Assembly (NCBI GenBank): GCA_051439605.1
Contig: JBFRWN010000032.1
Location: 1 to 64,000 of the forward strand
From: Synechococcus sp.
GTDB lineage: Bacteria; Cyanobacteriota; Cyanobacteriia; Thermostichales; PCC-7336
DNA: 64,000 bases
Direction of reading: 5' to 3'
This document shows positions 42,869 to 53,102 of the stretch, in pieces; positions within the stretch are counted from its first letter, which is position 1, and every line of letters starts with the position of its first letter. The position numbers and the translations under genes were made by a program. The notes under the pieces are model-generated. The model was not told the origin of the DNA and made no database searches. It worked only from the letters and a program-made list of their open reading frames with translations.

Positions 42869-44320
42869 ATGGACTGGGGAAGAGCCACTCTAGGATGCTT
42901 TGCAGGCTGGATGCTGCTGATGGCACCTATAGCCGCCAATGCTAGGCAGCTGGTTCAGCGATCGCAGCATACGGAGCCCAACTCCATCGAGGAGAGTGAG
43001 ACTACTACTCAACGAGCATTCCAGTTGCAGTTATCGACCACCGCAATTCAACTACTCGATACCAATGAATCCGAAGTGTGGCTGGATCTGTTTTTGGGGA
43101 GCGGTCAAGACCTTGCAGGTAGACAACCGACGCTGGTGTCAACAACCCAGCATTTCATGCCCTTATACCTGCATAGCGTTCAAAATCTCGATCAGAGACG
43201 CCTAAGCCTATCGGTTAATGGCATCGGTAGCATTCGGGATACCGAAAGCTTGCTAGAAGACTTCTCAGACGCCCACCAGTGCCAAGTGAAATTGCATTTC
43301 CCCGAGCAAATGTTGCTCCCCGGTCTGTTAGCCCAAAATAAGTTAGACATTCATCGTACCCGTCTGCCTGGATCGAACCTTTGTCAGCCGATGCGTGGGG
43401 TCGAAAAACTCCAATTATCAACTCGATTGAGAGTCTTTCCTGTCTCGATTGGAGAAGTTGCCTCATTAGATGTGGGGACGATGGACTACAAATTGCGGCG
43501 GGATGTGGATGGAGAGGTAATAACGTCACTGCAAGTTGCCCCCAAGCTCGCTTTCACCCCCGTGGACGATATACAGCTGGAGTTAAGTTACGACCTCAAG
43601 CTGGAGAGCCCACAACTGCTGCCAGAAGATTGGGGGGCCGCCACTCGGACTCATCGGGGAACTGCTCAACTAAATCTAGGGCTGCCGCAGTTTCTGGGAA
43701 ACAAAATTGAATGGCAATTTAAAGGGGAATATGACTGGTTAACCGCAGAGTTGAAACCGATTGATGTGGAGATGACTTGGCATCTTCTGCCTCTAGACAT
43801 TCGCTGGCTGGCATCCACCGAATACTCTCTTGCCGCAAAAAACAATCATCCGATCCTATTCGAGCTCCATCACGAATTGCCCTGGGGAATCGGTTGGGGA
43901 GTCAGTACCGATTACCACATCAGTAATGGGCAACTCGGTCCGCTGAAGCTCAGCCTCGACAACAATATTTCTTTACTACAGTGGCTGTTTTCTCCGCAAT
44001 CTTTGGGCAAGCAGATAGGGATTCGCTATGGCCTAGAGGCTCGGCAGCGAGAACGGGACGAGAGTATGGAGTACGCATTAGAAGCTGGGATTGTGGCAGG
44101 CGATCGAGAGCGTGGGCTGTGGGGTTTTGATGTAGATCTCGATGACAGTAGTATCCAGTCTTTCGATGCAAGCTATAGTCGCCATGATTGGCAGTTTCAG
44201 ATGCGAATCGTACCGAATCTCGATGCCCACCAAGTGGAGGGTCGCATTACTTTTATGCCCGAGAATCGTCTTCCAGGAAGGCTTCCCCTCTCACATCGGA
44301 TGGAGTTAGGAGCACTGTAA
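42869..44320 (+). CDS. Exported protein, probable outer-membrane beta-barrel
   Basis: Signal-peptide-like N-terminus (..APIAANA); C-terminal half has amphipathic beta-strand patterns (QLELSYDL, EWQFKGEYD, GIRYGLE, DASYSRHDWQFQM). Confidence 0.55.
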   Translation: MDWGRATLGCFAGWMLLMAPIAANARQLVQRSQHTEPNSIEESETTTQRAFQLQLSTTAIQLLDTNESEVWLDLFLGSGQDLAGRQPTLVSTTQHFMPLYLHSVQNLDQRRLSLSVNGIGSIRDTESLLEDFSDAHQCQVKLHFPEQMLLPGLLAQNKLDIHRTRLPGSNLCQPMRGVEKLQLSTRLRVFPVSIGEVASLDVGTMDYKLRRDVDGEVITSLQVAPKLAFTPVDDIQLELSYDLKLESPQLLPEDWGAATRTHRGTAQLNLGLPQFLGNKIEWQFKGEYDWLTAELKPIDVEMTWHLLPLDIRWLASTEYSLAAKNNHPILFELHHELPWGIGWGVSTDYHISNGQLGPLKLSLDNNISLLQWLFSPQSLGKQIGIRYGLEARQRERDESMEYALEAGIVAGDRERGLWGFDVDLDDSSIQSFDASYSRHDWQFQMRIVPNLDAHQVEGRITFMPENRLPGRLPLSHRMELGAL

Positions 44321-44659
44321 GAGACCCTTGTCTTTTGACTCTTATTTGCTTTGAGTACGGTGAAATTCATCAATCCTGGCCTATGGTTTTCGCTCTGAAA
44401 AAACTCAATTGCCACGATCGAGAGATTTTTTCTACAATTTTCTAACAAACGCGATTAATATCGGTTAAATTCTAAGCTAATGAGGTGATTGAATATCTAT
44501 TAATTAGTGATGGTCATGTTAGTTGGCACAGCTAGATACAGACCTATTGTGGGTTTTCGGCTGATGCAAGTTTCAAATCAAATTGACGATCGCTATGGAG
44601 AAGCCATGCGAGTGGTGGATTGAGTGAGTCTAGCAGGCCTTAGGCCATCGAAAAAAACT

Positions 44660-47600
44660 TTGATTCCCCTCAAGCTATCCCTACAGCAATTTTTGAGCTA
44701 CGGTCATGCGAACTTAGACTTTCGCCAACTCCATACTGCCTGTATCTGTGGTGAAAATGGAGCAGGTAAGTCTGCCATTTTAGAGGGGCTAACTTGGGGA
44801 ATTTGGGGGCAATCTCGGGTTGGTAGCGAAGACAATCTGATTCGACAGGGGGCAACAGAAGCCTTTGTTGAAGTGGTCTATCAATCGTTTGGGCAAACCT
44901 ACCGCATTTTGCGGAGTCGAGCCCTTGGTGGCCAAGGCACGCTGGAATGGCAAATTCAAACGGAGCAGAGATGGCGTTCGCTGACCCAGAAAGGGATTCG
45001 GACAACCCAACAGGCGATTCAAAAGCAGTTGCGGTTGGATTACAACACGTTTATTAATTCGGCCTACTTGCGGCAGGGGAGGGCAGATGAATTTACCCTC
45101 AAGCGTCCTGGCGATCGTAAACGCCTACTCGCAGAGATGTTGCAACTGGAACAATACGATCGCCTTGCAGAGCAATGCCGGGAGCGAGTACGGGCGGCGA
45201 AAGTGGAGGTTGATTTTTTTCAGCAGCAATATCGGCAACAGCAGGAGCAGTTGGAGTGGCGGCAGGAGGTACATGCGGAACACGAGCGGCTTAACCAGCA
45301 ACAACAGCAACTCACTGAAGCACAAACCCGCGATCGCCAATTGTTGGAGGAAACCATCGCCCGCGAACAACAGTTACAACAGGCGCAACAACAGGTACAG
45401 CTTCTACAAGAAAAAATAGGGACGGTGCGCACGTCACTACAACACACCGAAATGCAATGGCGGCAACAGCAGGAACGACATCGGCAAATCCAGGAACTGG
45501 TCAGCCAGGCTGTGGCGATCGAACGGGGTAACGGTCAGTATCGCGAGGTGGTAGCCCAGGTTGAATTACTGCAGCAGCAGTTTCAATCTCGTCAATCTCT
45601 GTTGCAAACTCAGCAGGAACTGCAACAGAATTTGTCCAGACTGGAGCACCAGCATTTGCTGTCTTTGCAACGGTATCGGGCCCAGCTAGACCAATTACAC
45701 AAATCTGAGACCGCCGATGGAGAATTGGTTGCCGATGGCCAACGGATTACCGGCGCGTTGACCTACTATCGCCAAGCACAGGCAACATTAACCCGCCTAG
45801 ATCGCATCCAAACCCAAGCCACCCCGCTGTTGGAACAAATCGGTACCTCTCAACGGCAAATCGAGCAAGAACGCGAGCGATTGCTTGCAAGGAAGGAAAG
45901 CCTGCAGCAGCAGCTAGAACGGCTGCAATACGGCATCCAATACCAGCAGGTGGAACAGGCAGTTGTGGAAGTAGAAGGGGAGCTCAAGGAACTTTCCAAA
46001 CAGAGAGTGTACCAGCAGCGGGTGCTGGAAAAATGCCAGGAGCGAAGGTCGTTTGTAGAACAATTACAGGAGCGGCAGCGGGCGTTACAGCGGGAATGGC
46101 AAACCTTAGAAGATCGCTGCCACCAGCTGTTGATGCCGGGCCAGTCTTGTCCTCTATGCACGCAGGTATTGCAGGGGGATCTTCGGTCTACGGTGCTGGA
46201 AAAGCAGCGCACCCAGCAGGACGGTTTATCCGAGCAATTGTGGGTGATTCGCGAGCAGTTGGCGGTCACCGATCGCGAGATTGGGCTATTACAAACTGAG
46301 TACGAAGAGCTATCGGAAACGCTGGCCACTTTTGATGAACGCCTACAAGTTCAAGGTCGATTGCACCAGCAGTTAGAATCCAGTCAGCTTCAGGTGGAAC
46401 AGATTAACGCTTGGCAGGAAGAGCTGCGGACAATTGACCGCGATCTAGAAGAAGAAACCTACGCTTTAGCAGCGCGCGAGCGTCTAGCTGCAGCTGAACA
46501 GGATCTCGAGCAACTGAACTACAACGATAAAGATCACGCCCTCTGCCGCTCGGAGGTGGATCGTTGGCGCTGGGCCGCCTTCAAACACAGCGAGTTGCGC
46601 AAGGCAAAGCAGCGGTTGGAACGAAACCAACGCACCATTCAGGAATTGGAAACCCAAATTGCCCAGCTATCTTCCTCCACAAATCCCACGCAACAGGAAA
46701 TTCAGCAGCTCAACGGCAAGCTGGAAACCGTCAGCGAGCAACTCAAAGCTATTGCCTACGACGAATGCTTCCACAATCAATTGCGGCAGCAACTGAAAAC
46801 GTTAATGACTTGGAAAGCCCAAGCAGAAGCCCTGAAAGATTCGCGGCAGCAATTGCCGCAATGTACCATCCGCTGCCAACAGCTCAAAGCCCTCTTGCAG
46901 AAGCATCGCCAGTCATTCACCCAATGTCAGCGGCAGTTGGACGTGGCCCAAAATACCCTTAAAATCCTGGGGGATAGCGCTCCAGATTCCGGTCAAGCTA
47001 CCGCCGAGCAATTGAGGCAAACCATTAATAAAAGAAGGCGTTTGCTGGATCGCATCCTGCCGCAATTGGGAGCTACCCAACAGCAGCTAATACAGTTTGA
47101 TGCCTTAGAGAAAAAGCAGTCAGAGACTCAGCAAAATTTGCAGCAGGCTCGCCGACAACTGCAGGTGTATAGAGAGCTGGCGGTGGCCTACGGGTGCAAC
47201 GGCATTCCCGCTCTTGTGATTGAAAATGTGCTGCCAGAGCTGGAGGCAGAAGCAAATCAGATACTGAGTCGGCTGACCAACAATCAACTACATCTGCAGT
47301 TTGTCACGCAGCGTTCGGGACGCAGCAGCAACAAAACCATCGACACCCTAGACATTCTAATTGCCGATCCCTGCGGCACACGCCCCTACGAGACCTATTC
47401 TGGCGGGGAAGCGTTTCGGATTAACTTTGCCATCCGACTTGCTTTATCTCGGCTATTGGCCCAGCGGTCCGGAGCTAGTTTGCAAACATTGCTGATTGAC
47501 GAAGGATTTGGCACTCAGGATACAGCTGGTCGAGAGTCTCTTGTCGCTGCCATTAACGCCGTAGCAAGCGATTTCGCCTGTATCTTGACCATTACCCATA

Positions 47601-47683
47601 TCCCCAGTCTGCGCGATCGCTTCCCCACCCGCATCCAAGTAACACGTACAGCAGAGGGGTCAGAATTGGAAATTCTCAATTAG
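44660..47683 (+). CDS. sbcC: Exonuclease SbcC (Rad50-like)
   Basis: Walker [20 protein letters not shown], long coiled coil with CPLC Zn hook, YSGGE, LLIDEGFGTQD, ITH. Confidence 0.95.
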   Translation: MIPLKLSLQQFLSYGHANLDFRQLHTACICGENGAGKSAILEGLTWGIWGQSRVGSEDNLIRQGATEAFVEVVYQSFGQTYRILRSRALGGQGTLEWQIQTEQRWRSLTQKGIRTTQQAIQKQLRLDYNTFINSAYLRQGRADEFTLKRPGDRKRLLAEMLQLEQYDRLAEQCRERVRAAKVEVDFFQQQYRQQQEQLEWRQEVHAEHERLNQQQQQLTEAQTRDRQLLEETIAREQQLQQAQQQVQLLQEKIGTVRTSLQHTEMQWRQQQERHRQIQELVSQAVAIERGNGQYREVVAQVELLQQQFQSRQSLLQTQQELQQNLSRLEHQHLLSLQRYRAQLDQLHKSETADGELVADGQRITGALTYYRQAQATLTRLDRIQTQATPLLEQIGTSQRQIEQERERLLARKESLQQQLERLQYGIQYQQVEQAVVEVEGELKELSKQRVYQQRVLEKCQERRSFVEQLQERQRALQREWQTLEDRCHQLLMPGQSCPLCTQVLQGDLRSTVLEKQRTQQDGLSEQLWVIREQLAVTDREIGLLQTEYEELSETLATFDERLQVQGRLHQQLESSQLQVEQINAWQEELRTIDRDLEEETYALAARERLAAAEQDLEQLNYNDKDHALCRSEVDRWRWAAFKHSELRKAKQRLERNQRTIQELETQIAQLSSSTNPTQQEIQQLNGKLETVSEQLKAIAYDECFHNQLRQQLKTLMTWKAQAEALKDSRQQLPQCTIRCQQLKALLQKHRQSFTQCQRQLDVAQNTLKILGDSAPDSGQATAEQLRQTINKRRRLLDRILPQLGATQQQLIQFDALEKKQSETQQNLQQARRQLQVYRELAVAYGCNGIPALVIENVLPELEAEANQILSRLTNNQLHLQFVTQRSGRSSNKTIDTLDILIADPCGTRPYETYSGGEAFRINFAIRLALSRLLAQRSGASLQTLLIDEGFGTQDTAGRESLVAAINAVASDFACILTITHIPSLRDRFPTRIQVTRTAEGSELEILN

Positions 47684-47789
47684 GAAACGTAAAGACCGGC
47701 AATCTTATTCGAATTCAACTTTAATTGTCTTGACGATACAATAACTAGACTTCTAATGAATTCCATCAATCATAATCATTCGGGGAAGA

Positions 47790-48200
47790 AGCATTGAATC
47801 AAAGGCAGATATTCATCATCCCATCCGGCTCGTTGGCACTTAATTTTTGACTCCAACCTTTAGCATTTTCTCTTGGTTTAAGGCGCTCAAGGCTAGATGT
47901 CTGAGTAGGTGAATTGTTTGGTGCATGCCCAGTGCGAATACGATACTCGTCTTCACCGAAAGCCACATTTTCCCCAAGGTCAGGGATTCTCAATGCTCCA
48001 GTGAGTGCGCATCGACTCGGCTAAGAGCTGGGCATGGGAGGGAAACGAACTGATTTAGTAGCGCACTTCACGGCTGGTTTGTCCATCATCTCTTCGCCAG
48101 AATGACTCCGCCTTGACAATGCTGGGGAGCTGAGCCCATTGGTCCCCATCGAGTAATCCCTCCACTTGACCCAAACCCCAATGCCAATGGCAGTATATTT
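47790..48200 (-). mobile_element. ISAs1-family transposase C-terminal remnant
   Basis: Across stops and frameshifts: QW..L.SIV..ES...GQTSREVRY*ISS...MRTHWSIEN..W...VAFGEDEYRIRTGHAPNN..LRHLAL..L..EK...RAGWDDEYL. Confidence 0.85.
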
Positions 48201-48255
48201 TCGCGAAGCCAGGAACTTGCGACTCTAACTGAGAGGATCGCAGCTATGAGATCGC

Positions 48256-48295
48256 AAAAAAGCTCGCGTAGCACCTTCTAAATGGCACGCGAGCT
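48256..48295 (-). terminator. hspA terminator
   Basis: AGCTCGCGT...ACGCGAGCT stem followed by a T-run on the minus strand. Confidence 0.65.
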
Positions 48296-48321
48296 GACTT
48301 GCTGGAAACACCTCTAGGAGA

Positions 48322-48765
48322 TTAATGAACGCTAACTTTTACCGATTTGCGGGCCTCCGACTCGATTTTTGGCAGCGTTAGACTCAGTATTCCATCTTGA
48401 TAATCTGCTGCAACGGATTGGTTGTCTATGTTGCCCAACAAAGGAATCACTCTACGGAAATGGCCGTAGTGGAATTCGGTACGGGTGATCCCGCCTTCTT
48501 CTGCTCTACGTTCCGACTTGCGTTCACCACTAATCGAAACGGTGTCTTTAGTGACTTCGATATCGATGTCTTTCGGGTCTATTCCTGGAACCTCTAACTT
48601 CAGGATATAACTAGTGTCGGTCTCTTCGAGCTCAGCCGATGGCATAAATGCCTTCTCGGCTTTTTCTAGAGGGCCAAATGATGTGAACATGTCGTCAAAC
48701 CAACGGTTCATATCCCGTTGTAGACCGTACATTTCCCGGAACGGCTCCCAACGTGCAAGTGCCAT
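48322..48765 (-). CDS. hspA: Small heat shock protein Hsp20
   Basis: MAL.RWEPFRE, F.PSAELEET, LEVPG, ISGERK, TEFHYG.F.RVIPL, Y.DGIL.LTLPK; GGAGG RBS. Confidence 0.95.
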   Translation of the reverse strand: MALARWEPFREMYGLQRDMNRWFDDMFTSFGPLEKAEKAFMPSAELEETDTSYILKLEVPGIDPKDIDIEVTKDTVSISGERKSERRAEEGGITRTEFHYGHFRRVIPLLGNIDNQSVAADYQDGILSLTLPKIESEARKSVKVSVH

Positions 48766-48846
48766 TCTGTACCTCCGCGAAATAATCTCTTGAACTCTGT
48801 ATATATAATATTAATTTCCTCACTTTTTTAGGTCGAAATTTGCGAA

Positions 48847-48868
48847 CCGTAATTTACGGATCGCCGTA
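48847..48868. promoter_or_regulatory. Overlapping palindromes upstream of hspA (K-box-like)
   Basis: CCGTA-att-TACGG and TACGG-atcg-CCGTA; minus strand ATACGG-CGAT-CCGTAA approximates the K-box GTTCGGNNANCCNNAC. Confidence 0.4.
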
Positions 48869-48983
48869 TTGTTTTAAAGTGTGTCGATTTGGATTTATGC
48901 GAAATATTTCTTTATTTTAAATTGACAGCCTGATTCAAAATCTATCAATATCTGCTGTCAAAGAATGAATTTGGAGCATGTTT

Positions 48984-49664
48984 TCAAACGATTAATGAGG
49001 TCTCTGTCAAAGCATCCAATAACATTGCGACTGTACTCGTCCAACCAATAATCCCCCCCTGAGCCCGGACCATCTCCACTGTGGCCCGCTTAAACTCTGG
49101 GAAATAGCTTTCTGTTGCATCCTCAAGCAATAGGCACTCGTAGCCGCGATCGTTGGCCTCCCGCATGGTGGTCTGGACGCACACCTCAGTTGTTACCCCG
49201 GTAAAAATCAAGTGGGTAATACCTTGGTCTTGCAAAATGCTTTCTAAATTAGTGTTGTAGAACGCCCCTTTCCCGGGCTTGTAAATCACCGTTTCCCCCG
49301 CCAGTGGAGCCAGTTCGGGAATAATCCCGTTCCCCGGTTCCCCTTTGACGAGAATGCGACCCATGGGACCTTCATCGCCAATTTGGAGGGCACAGTTGCC
49401 TCTGGAACGTTTAGCGGGTGGGCAGTCAGAGAGGTCGGGTTGGTGGCACTCTAAAGTGTGAATGATGGGCAACTGGCGATCGCGAAAGACCCCGAAAAGT
49501 TTCTGAACCGTCGGGATGATGGCCCGCAGCAAGCTGACATCGTTACCCAATGCAGCCCCAAAGCCCCCTTCCTCCATAAAATCTCGCTGGAAGTCGATCG
49601 CCATCAGCGCGGTACGTTCTAATGGAAACCCGTAATCGTAGGGTCGGGCAGATACTACTGGCAT
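48984..49664 (-). CDS. trtA: Cysteine hydrolase, triuret hydrolase (TrtA)-like
   Basis: [81 protein letters not shown]. Confidence 0.8.
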   Translation of the reverse strand: MPVVSARPYDYGFPLERTALMAIDFQRDFMEEGGFGAALGNDVSLLRAIIPTVQKLFGVFRDRQLPIIHTLECHQPDLSDCPPAKRSRGNCALQIGDEGPMGRILVKGEPGNGIIPELAPLAGETVIYKPGKGAFYNTNLESILQDQGITHLIFTGVTTEVCVQTTMREANDRGYECLLLEDATESYFPEFKRATVEMVRAQGGIIGWTSTVAMLLDALTETSLIV

Positions 49665-50035
49665 AGCTGAACGGGTTTCTCCCAAATGGTGAGAACGATG
49701 CATCCTTCATGGCTGACAATGCTGTGCTGGCTGAGAGGGGGATTAATGACGAGCGAACCCGACCGATAAGTGCCATTGGCGTCAGTTTGAGAACCGCTGA
49801 GCACGAACACGTGCTCGTATCCACTGTGGACATGGGGAGGGACCGTTGCCCCTGGCTGGTAGCGCAATAGTGCCGCTGACGCTTGGGACTCATCCTCCAG
49901 CCCCGCTCGATAGAGATAGTGAATGTCTACCCCCTCTCGAAACGGTTGCCAAGAGATATCTGCTTGCCAATCTGCCACCTCTGTTAGGTTCTGCAGCAAG
50001 AGGGATGCAGTCAACGGTAGCGCTGGAGCCTCCAT
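49655..50035 (-). CDS. Cupin (ChrR-like) protein
   Basis: [28 protein letters not shown]...VLSG, H....GC.VL.IWE; overlaps both neighbours. Confidence 0.88.
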   Translation of the reverse strand: MEAPALPLTASLLLQNLTEVADWQADISWQPFREGVDIHYLYRAGLEDESQASAALLRYQPGATVPPHVHSGYEHVFVLSGSQTDANGTYRSGSLVINPPLSQHSIVSHEGCIVLTIWEKPVQLCQ

Positions 50036-51600
50036 CAGTGACCCGCCATGCTGCGACCGATCGCCGCAAAATCCGCCTCATCCACCGAACTTTCGTAGGC
50101 CAGCTTGCCTTCGCTCATCACCAAAATGCGATCGGCTAGCGCCAACAACTCGTCAAGATCTTCGCTGACTAACAGCACTGCAACGCCGCGATTGCGAGCT
50201 TCTACGATCTGTCCGTGAACATAGTCCACCGCATTAAAGTCCAAGCCAAAACAGGGATTAGCGGCAATCAGCAGGTTGATACTGTCCCCAGACAGCTCGC
50301 GGGCCAGAACCGCCCGCTGCACGTTCCCACCCGATAGGTTGACGATCGGGGTGTCGGGGGAGGGGGTTGTGATGGAAAAGGTCTGGATCAGGGTGGATGC
50401 CATTTGGCGAATGGCTTTCAACACCAGCAGAATGCGGGCATGGGCTTGGGGGGGGCGATCGAATGTGCGCAGCGCCATGTTCTCTGCCACGCTCATGTGA
50501 GGCACGCAGGCATTGCGCAGCGGTTCCTCTGGCAGAGAAAACACCTTGTGCTCGTACATTTCTGCCCGTGTCGCACCGTAGGTTTGTCCGTTGATGTGAA
50601 TGGCTCCCCCCGTAGGCTCTCGCTGCCCTGCTAGCACCTCCACAAATTCCTTTTGGCCGTTCCCCGAGACTCCGGCAATGCCGACAATCTCGCCAGAATG
50701 AACCGTCAAGCTCACCCGATTCACCGCAGGAAGGCCGTTATCTTTGTTGGCGCAAATCTCGCTTGCCACCAATACGGGTTTTCGATCGGCAATGGCCTGC
50801 TTGGCCACTGGCTTCGGTTCCCGAGCCTCCCCCAACATCATGGCCGCAATATCAGAAATGCTTAAGTCTGCAACGTGTCCTTGTCCCGCTAGCTGACCTT
50901 TGCGTAGAACCGTTACCTCGTCCACAAACGCCTGCACCTCTCGAAACTTGTGGGTAATCAGCAGCACGCTCAAATGTCCGCCGGATACCTCCTCCCGCAA
51001 TAGCCCCAGTACTTCATCTGCCTCCCCCGGTGTCAAGACGGATGTGGGCTCGTCCAAAATCAAGATTTTGCTTTCCAGATAAAGCTGCTTAAGAATTTCC
51101 AGCTTTTGCTTTTGTCCCGCCGCCAATTGCGCGACGGGGACATCGAGCGGTACCTGAAAGGGCGATCTCGCCATAAATTCTGCCAGTGCTACCTTCTCCG
51201 CCTTCCAATGAATCAGTTGCGGACTGTCGTAACGGGAAAGCACTAGATTTTCCGCAACGGTCATGGCGGGCACTGACGTGAAGTGCTGGTACACCATGCC
51301 AATGCCGTATTGGTGGGCATCTTTGGGACTGTCAATCGATCGCGAGTGCTTCCCCACCAGCACGTCTCCCGAAGTGGGCTTGTAAAACCCCATGATGCAC
51401 TTCACCAACGTGCTTTTTCCGGCCCCGTTTTCCCCCAACAGACCGTGGAAGGTGCCCGGCTTCAGGGTCATGGAAACGTTGTCGAGGGCAGTGAAGGTGC
51501 CGAACTTTTTGGTCATGTTGACCGTTTCTAGTTCGGGGGGAGAGCTGGGGAGAATGGCCGGATCTCGAGCGATCGCAGAAGAAGTTCGGAAGTGACTCAT
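50035..51600 (-). CDS. ABC transporter ATP-binding protein, two-domain nucleoside/sugar (CUT2) type
   Basis: [45 protein letters not shown]. Confidence 0.95.
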   Translation of the reverse strand: MSHFRTSSAIARDPAILPSSPPELETVNMTKKFGTFTALDNVSMTLKPGTFHGLLGENGAGKSTLVKCIMGFYKPTSGDVLVGKHSRSIDSPKDAHQYGIGMVYQHFTSVPAMTVAENLVLSRYDSPQLIHWKAEKVALAEFMARSPFQVPLDVPVAQLAAGQKQKLEILKQLYLESKILILDEPTSVLTPGEADEVLGLLREEVSGGHLSVLLITHKFREVQAFVDEVTVLRKGQLAGQGHVADLSISDIAAMMLGEAREPKPVAKQAIADRKPVLVASEICANKDNGLPAVNRVSLTVHSGEIVGIAGVSGNGQKEFVEVLAGQREPTGGAIHINGQTYGATRAEMYEHKVFSLPEEPLRNACVPHMSVAENMALRTFDRPPQAHARILLVLKAIRQMASTLIQTFSITTPSPDTPIVNLSGGNVQRAVLARELSGDSINLLIAANPCFGLDFNAVDYVHGQIVEARNRGVAVLLVSEDLDELLALADRILVMSEGKLAYESSVDEADFAAIGRSMAGH

Positions 51601-52277
51601 GCGATCGCCTCTAATAAGTCTTGGGAGGGGGCGACGGCTCCGAACACCCCCCCTTGCATTTCAATCATTTTTAAGGCGGCTTGATAATTGCCATAGTCTG
51701 TGGCGCCGGTGCAATCTGAGAGCAGTAGACATTCGTAACCGCGATCGTTAGCATCTCGCATGGTGGTATGAACGCAAACGTCTGTGGTGATGCCCGTCAA
51801 AATGATGTTCTGAATGCCCCAGCGGGAGAGGATTAAATCGAGGTCTGTGGCGTAAAAGGATCCTTTTCCAGGTTTGTCGATGATGGGTTCTCCTGGTAGC
51901 GGCGCCAGTTCGGGGATAATTTCCCAGCCCGGTTCCCCCCGCACGAGAATTTTGCCGCAGGGGCCAGGATCGCCAATACCCGCTCCAATTTGCTGCGATC
52001 GCCAGCGTTTGTTAGCGGGTAAATCAGCTAGATCTGGGCGATGCCCTTCGCGGGTATGGATGATGCGGTAGCCCTTATCGCGCATTACCGAGAGCAGTTT
52101 GCGGATGGGCTTGATAGGGGCGCGGGTGAGGGACAGGTCGTACCCCATCTTGTCCACATACCCCCCTTTGCCGCAGAAATCCGTTTGCATGTCGATGACA
52201 ATCAGGACGGTGTTGTCGGGGCGCAAATCGCCGTTAAAGGGGTAAGGATAAGGAGTGGATTTAACGTAAAGGCCCAT
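51597..52277 (-). CDS. biuH: Biuret hydrolase (BiuH)-like cysteine hydrolase
   Basis: [79 protein letters not shown]. Confidence 0.88.
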   Translation of the reverse strand: MGLYVKSTPYPYPFNGDLRPDNTVLIVIDMQTDFCGKGGYVDKMGYDLSLTRAPIKPIRKLLSVMRDKGYRIIHTREGHRPDLADLPANKRWRSQQIGAGIGDPGPCGKILVRGEPGWEIIPELAPLPGEPIIDKPGKGSFYATDLDLILSRWGIQNIILTGITTDVCVHTTMRDANDRGYECLLLSDCTGATDYGNYQAALKMIEMQGGVFGAVAPSQDLLEAIA

Positions 52278-52543
52278 GTCGGTATAAATCCAGTCTGATA
52301 CTGGTGTTCAGTAAAGCTTTGGAGTCGGGTGCTGTTGAGATAATCAGTGCTGAATGGTTAAGAACACATACCTGACTCTATGGGAAGGGATTTTGGCAAG
52401 CTGTTTGCAGCGAACTTACATGAACGCGGAGCTTGCTCGCGATCGCACTCATTTCAACCAGTTAACGGACTCACTGTTCCATCTCCTGTGAGCATTTTCT
52501 AAACTATGGTGATCGCAGCAGCTAGAGCAAAAAGAGGTTGTCT

Positions 52544-52942
52544 ATGATGCGGTTCCCCATCAGCACGATTGCGATCGCGGGCCTATCCCTCCTTACTCTG
52601 ACTCAATGCACCCAGTCAATTCCCGTTACTTATCACTTCACGGTTGAGGTGACTAAGGGAGGCTTAGCTGGCAACACCTTCACGGGCGAATTTACCTACG
52701 ACGAATCTGCACTATCGGGTGAGGGAAGAGAGATCCTGCGGGTGGAGGATGGGCTCAGCGTCAGCATGACCATGCTGGGTGAGACCATTACCGAAACTGA
52801 GGATGTGGACTACCCGGATTTCCCTCAGCTTCAATTTGAAGATGGCGAAGTGAAGCGATTAGAATTCTGGGCTGAGTCCGAGGAACGGGGGAGCTGGTGG
52901 GGCTTACCAGGGTGGGAGGTCACCCTGGAACTGCAGGAGTAA
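52544..52942 (+). CDS. Small exported acidic beta-rich hypothetical protein
   Basis: GAGG RBS; signal-like N-terminus with Cys (LTLTQC); VTY.FTV...G.F.YD pattern. Confidence 0.65.
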   Translation: MMRFPISTIAIAGLSLLTLTQCTQSIPVTYHFTVEVTKGGLAGNTFTGEFTYDESALSGEGREILRVEDGLSVSMTMLGETITETEDVDYPDFPQLQFEDGEVKRLEFWAESEERGSWWGLPGWEVTLELQE

Positions 52943-53102
52943 ATGTGGGTTAGATACCAGCGATCTCCAACGCCCACCGATCGTTCATGCAATTCATAGC
53001 GTTCTGTGAAAGGCAGGCAACCATGCTTAAATTGCGCTCAAGTCGGCTGATAGACTAGGTAGGCAGTTTTTGCCCACTGGCACTCCGAAGGCGATCGCGT
53101 CT

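Noticed and set aside
45220..47170. CAG/CAA-rich repeats in sbcC
   Set aside because: Gln-rich coiled-coil coding, not a DNA repeat array.
52278..52540. NtcA box upstream of the biuH operon
   Set aside because: No GTA-N8-TAC match found by eye.
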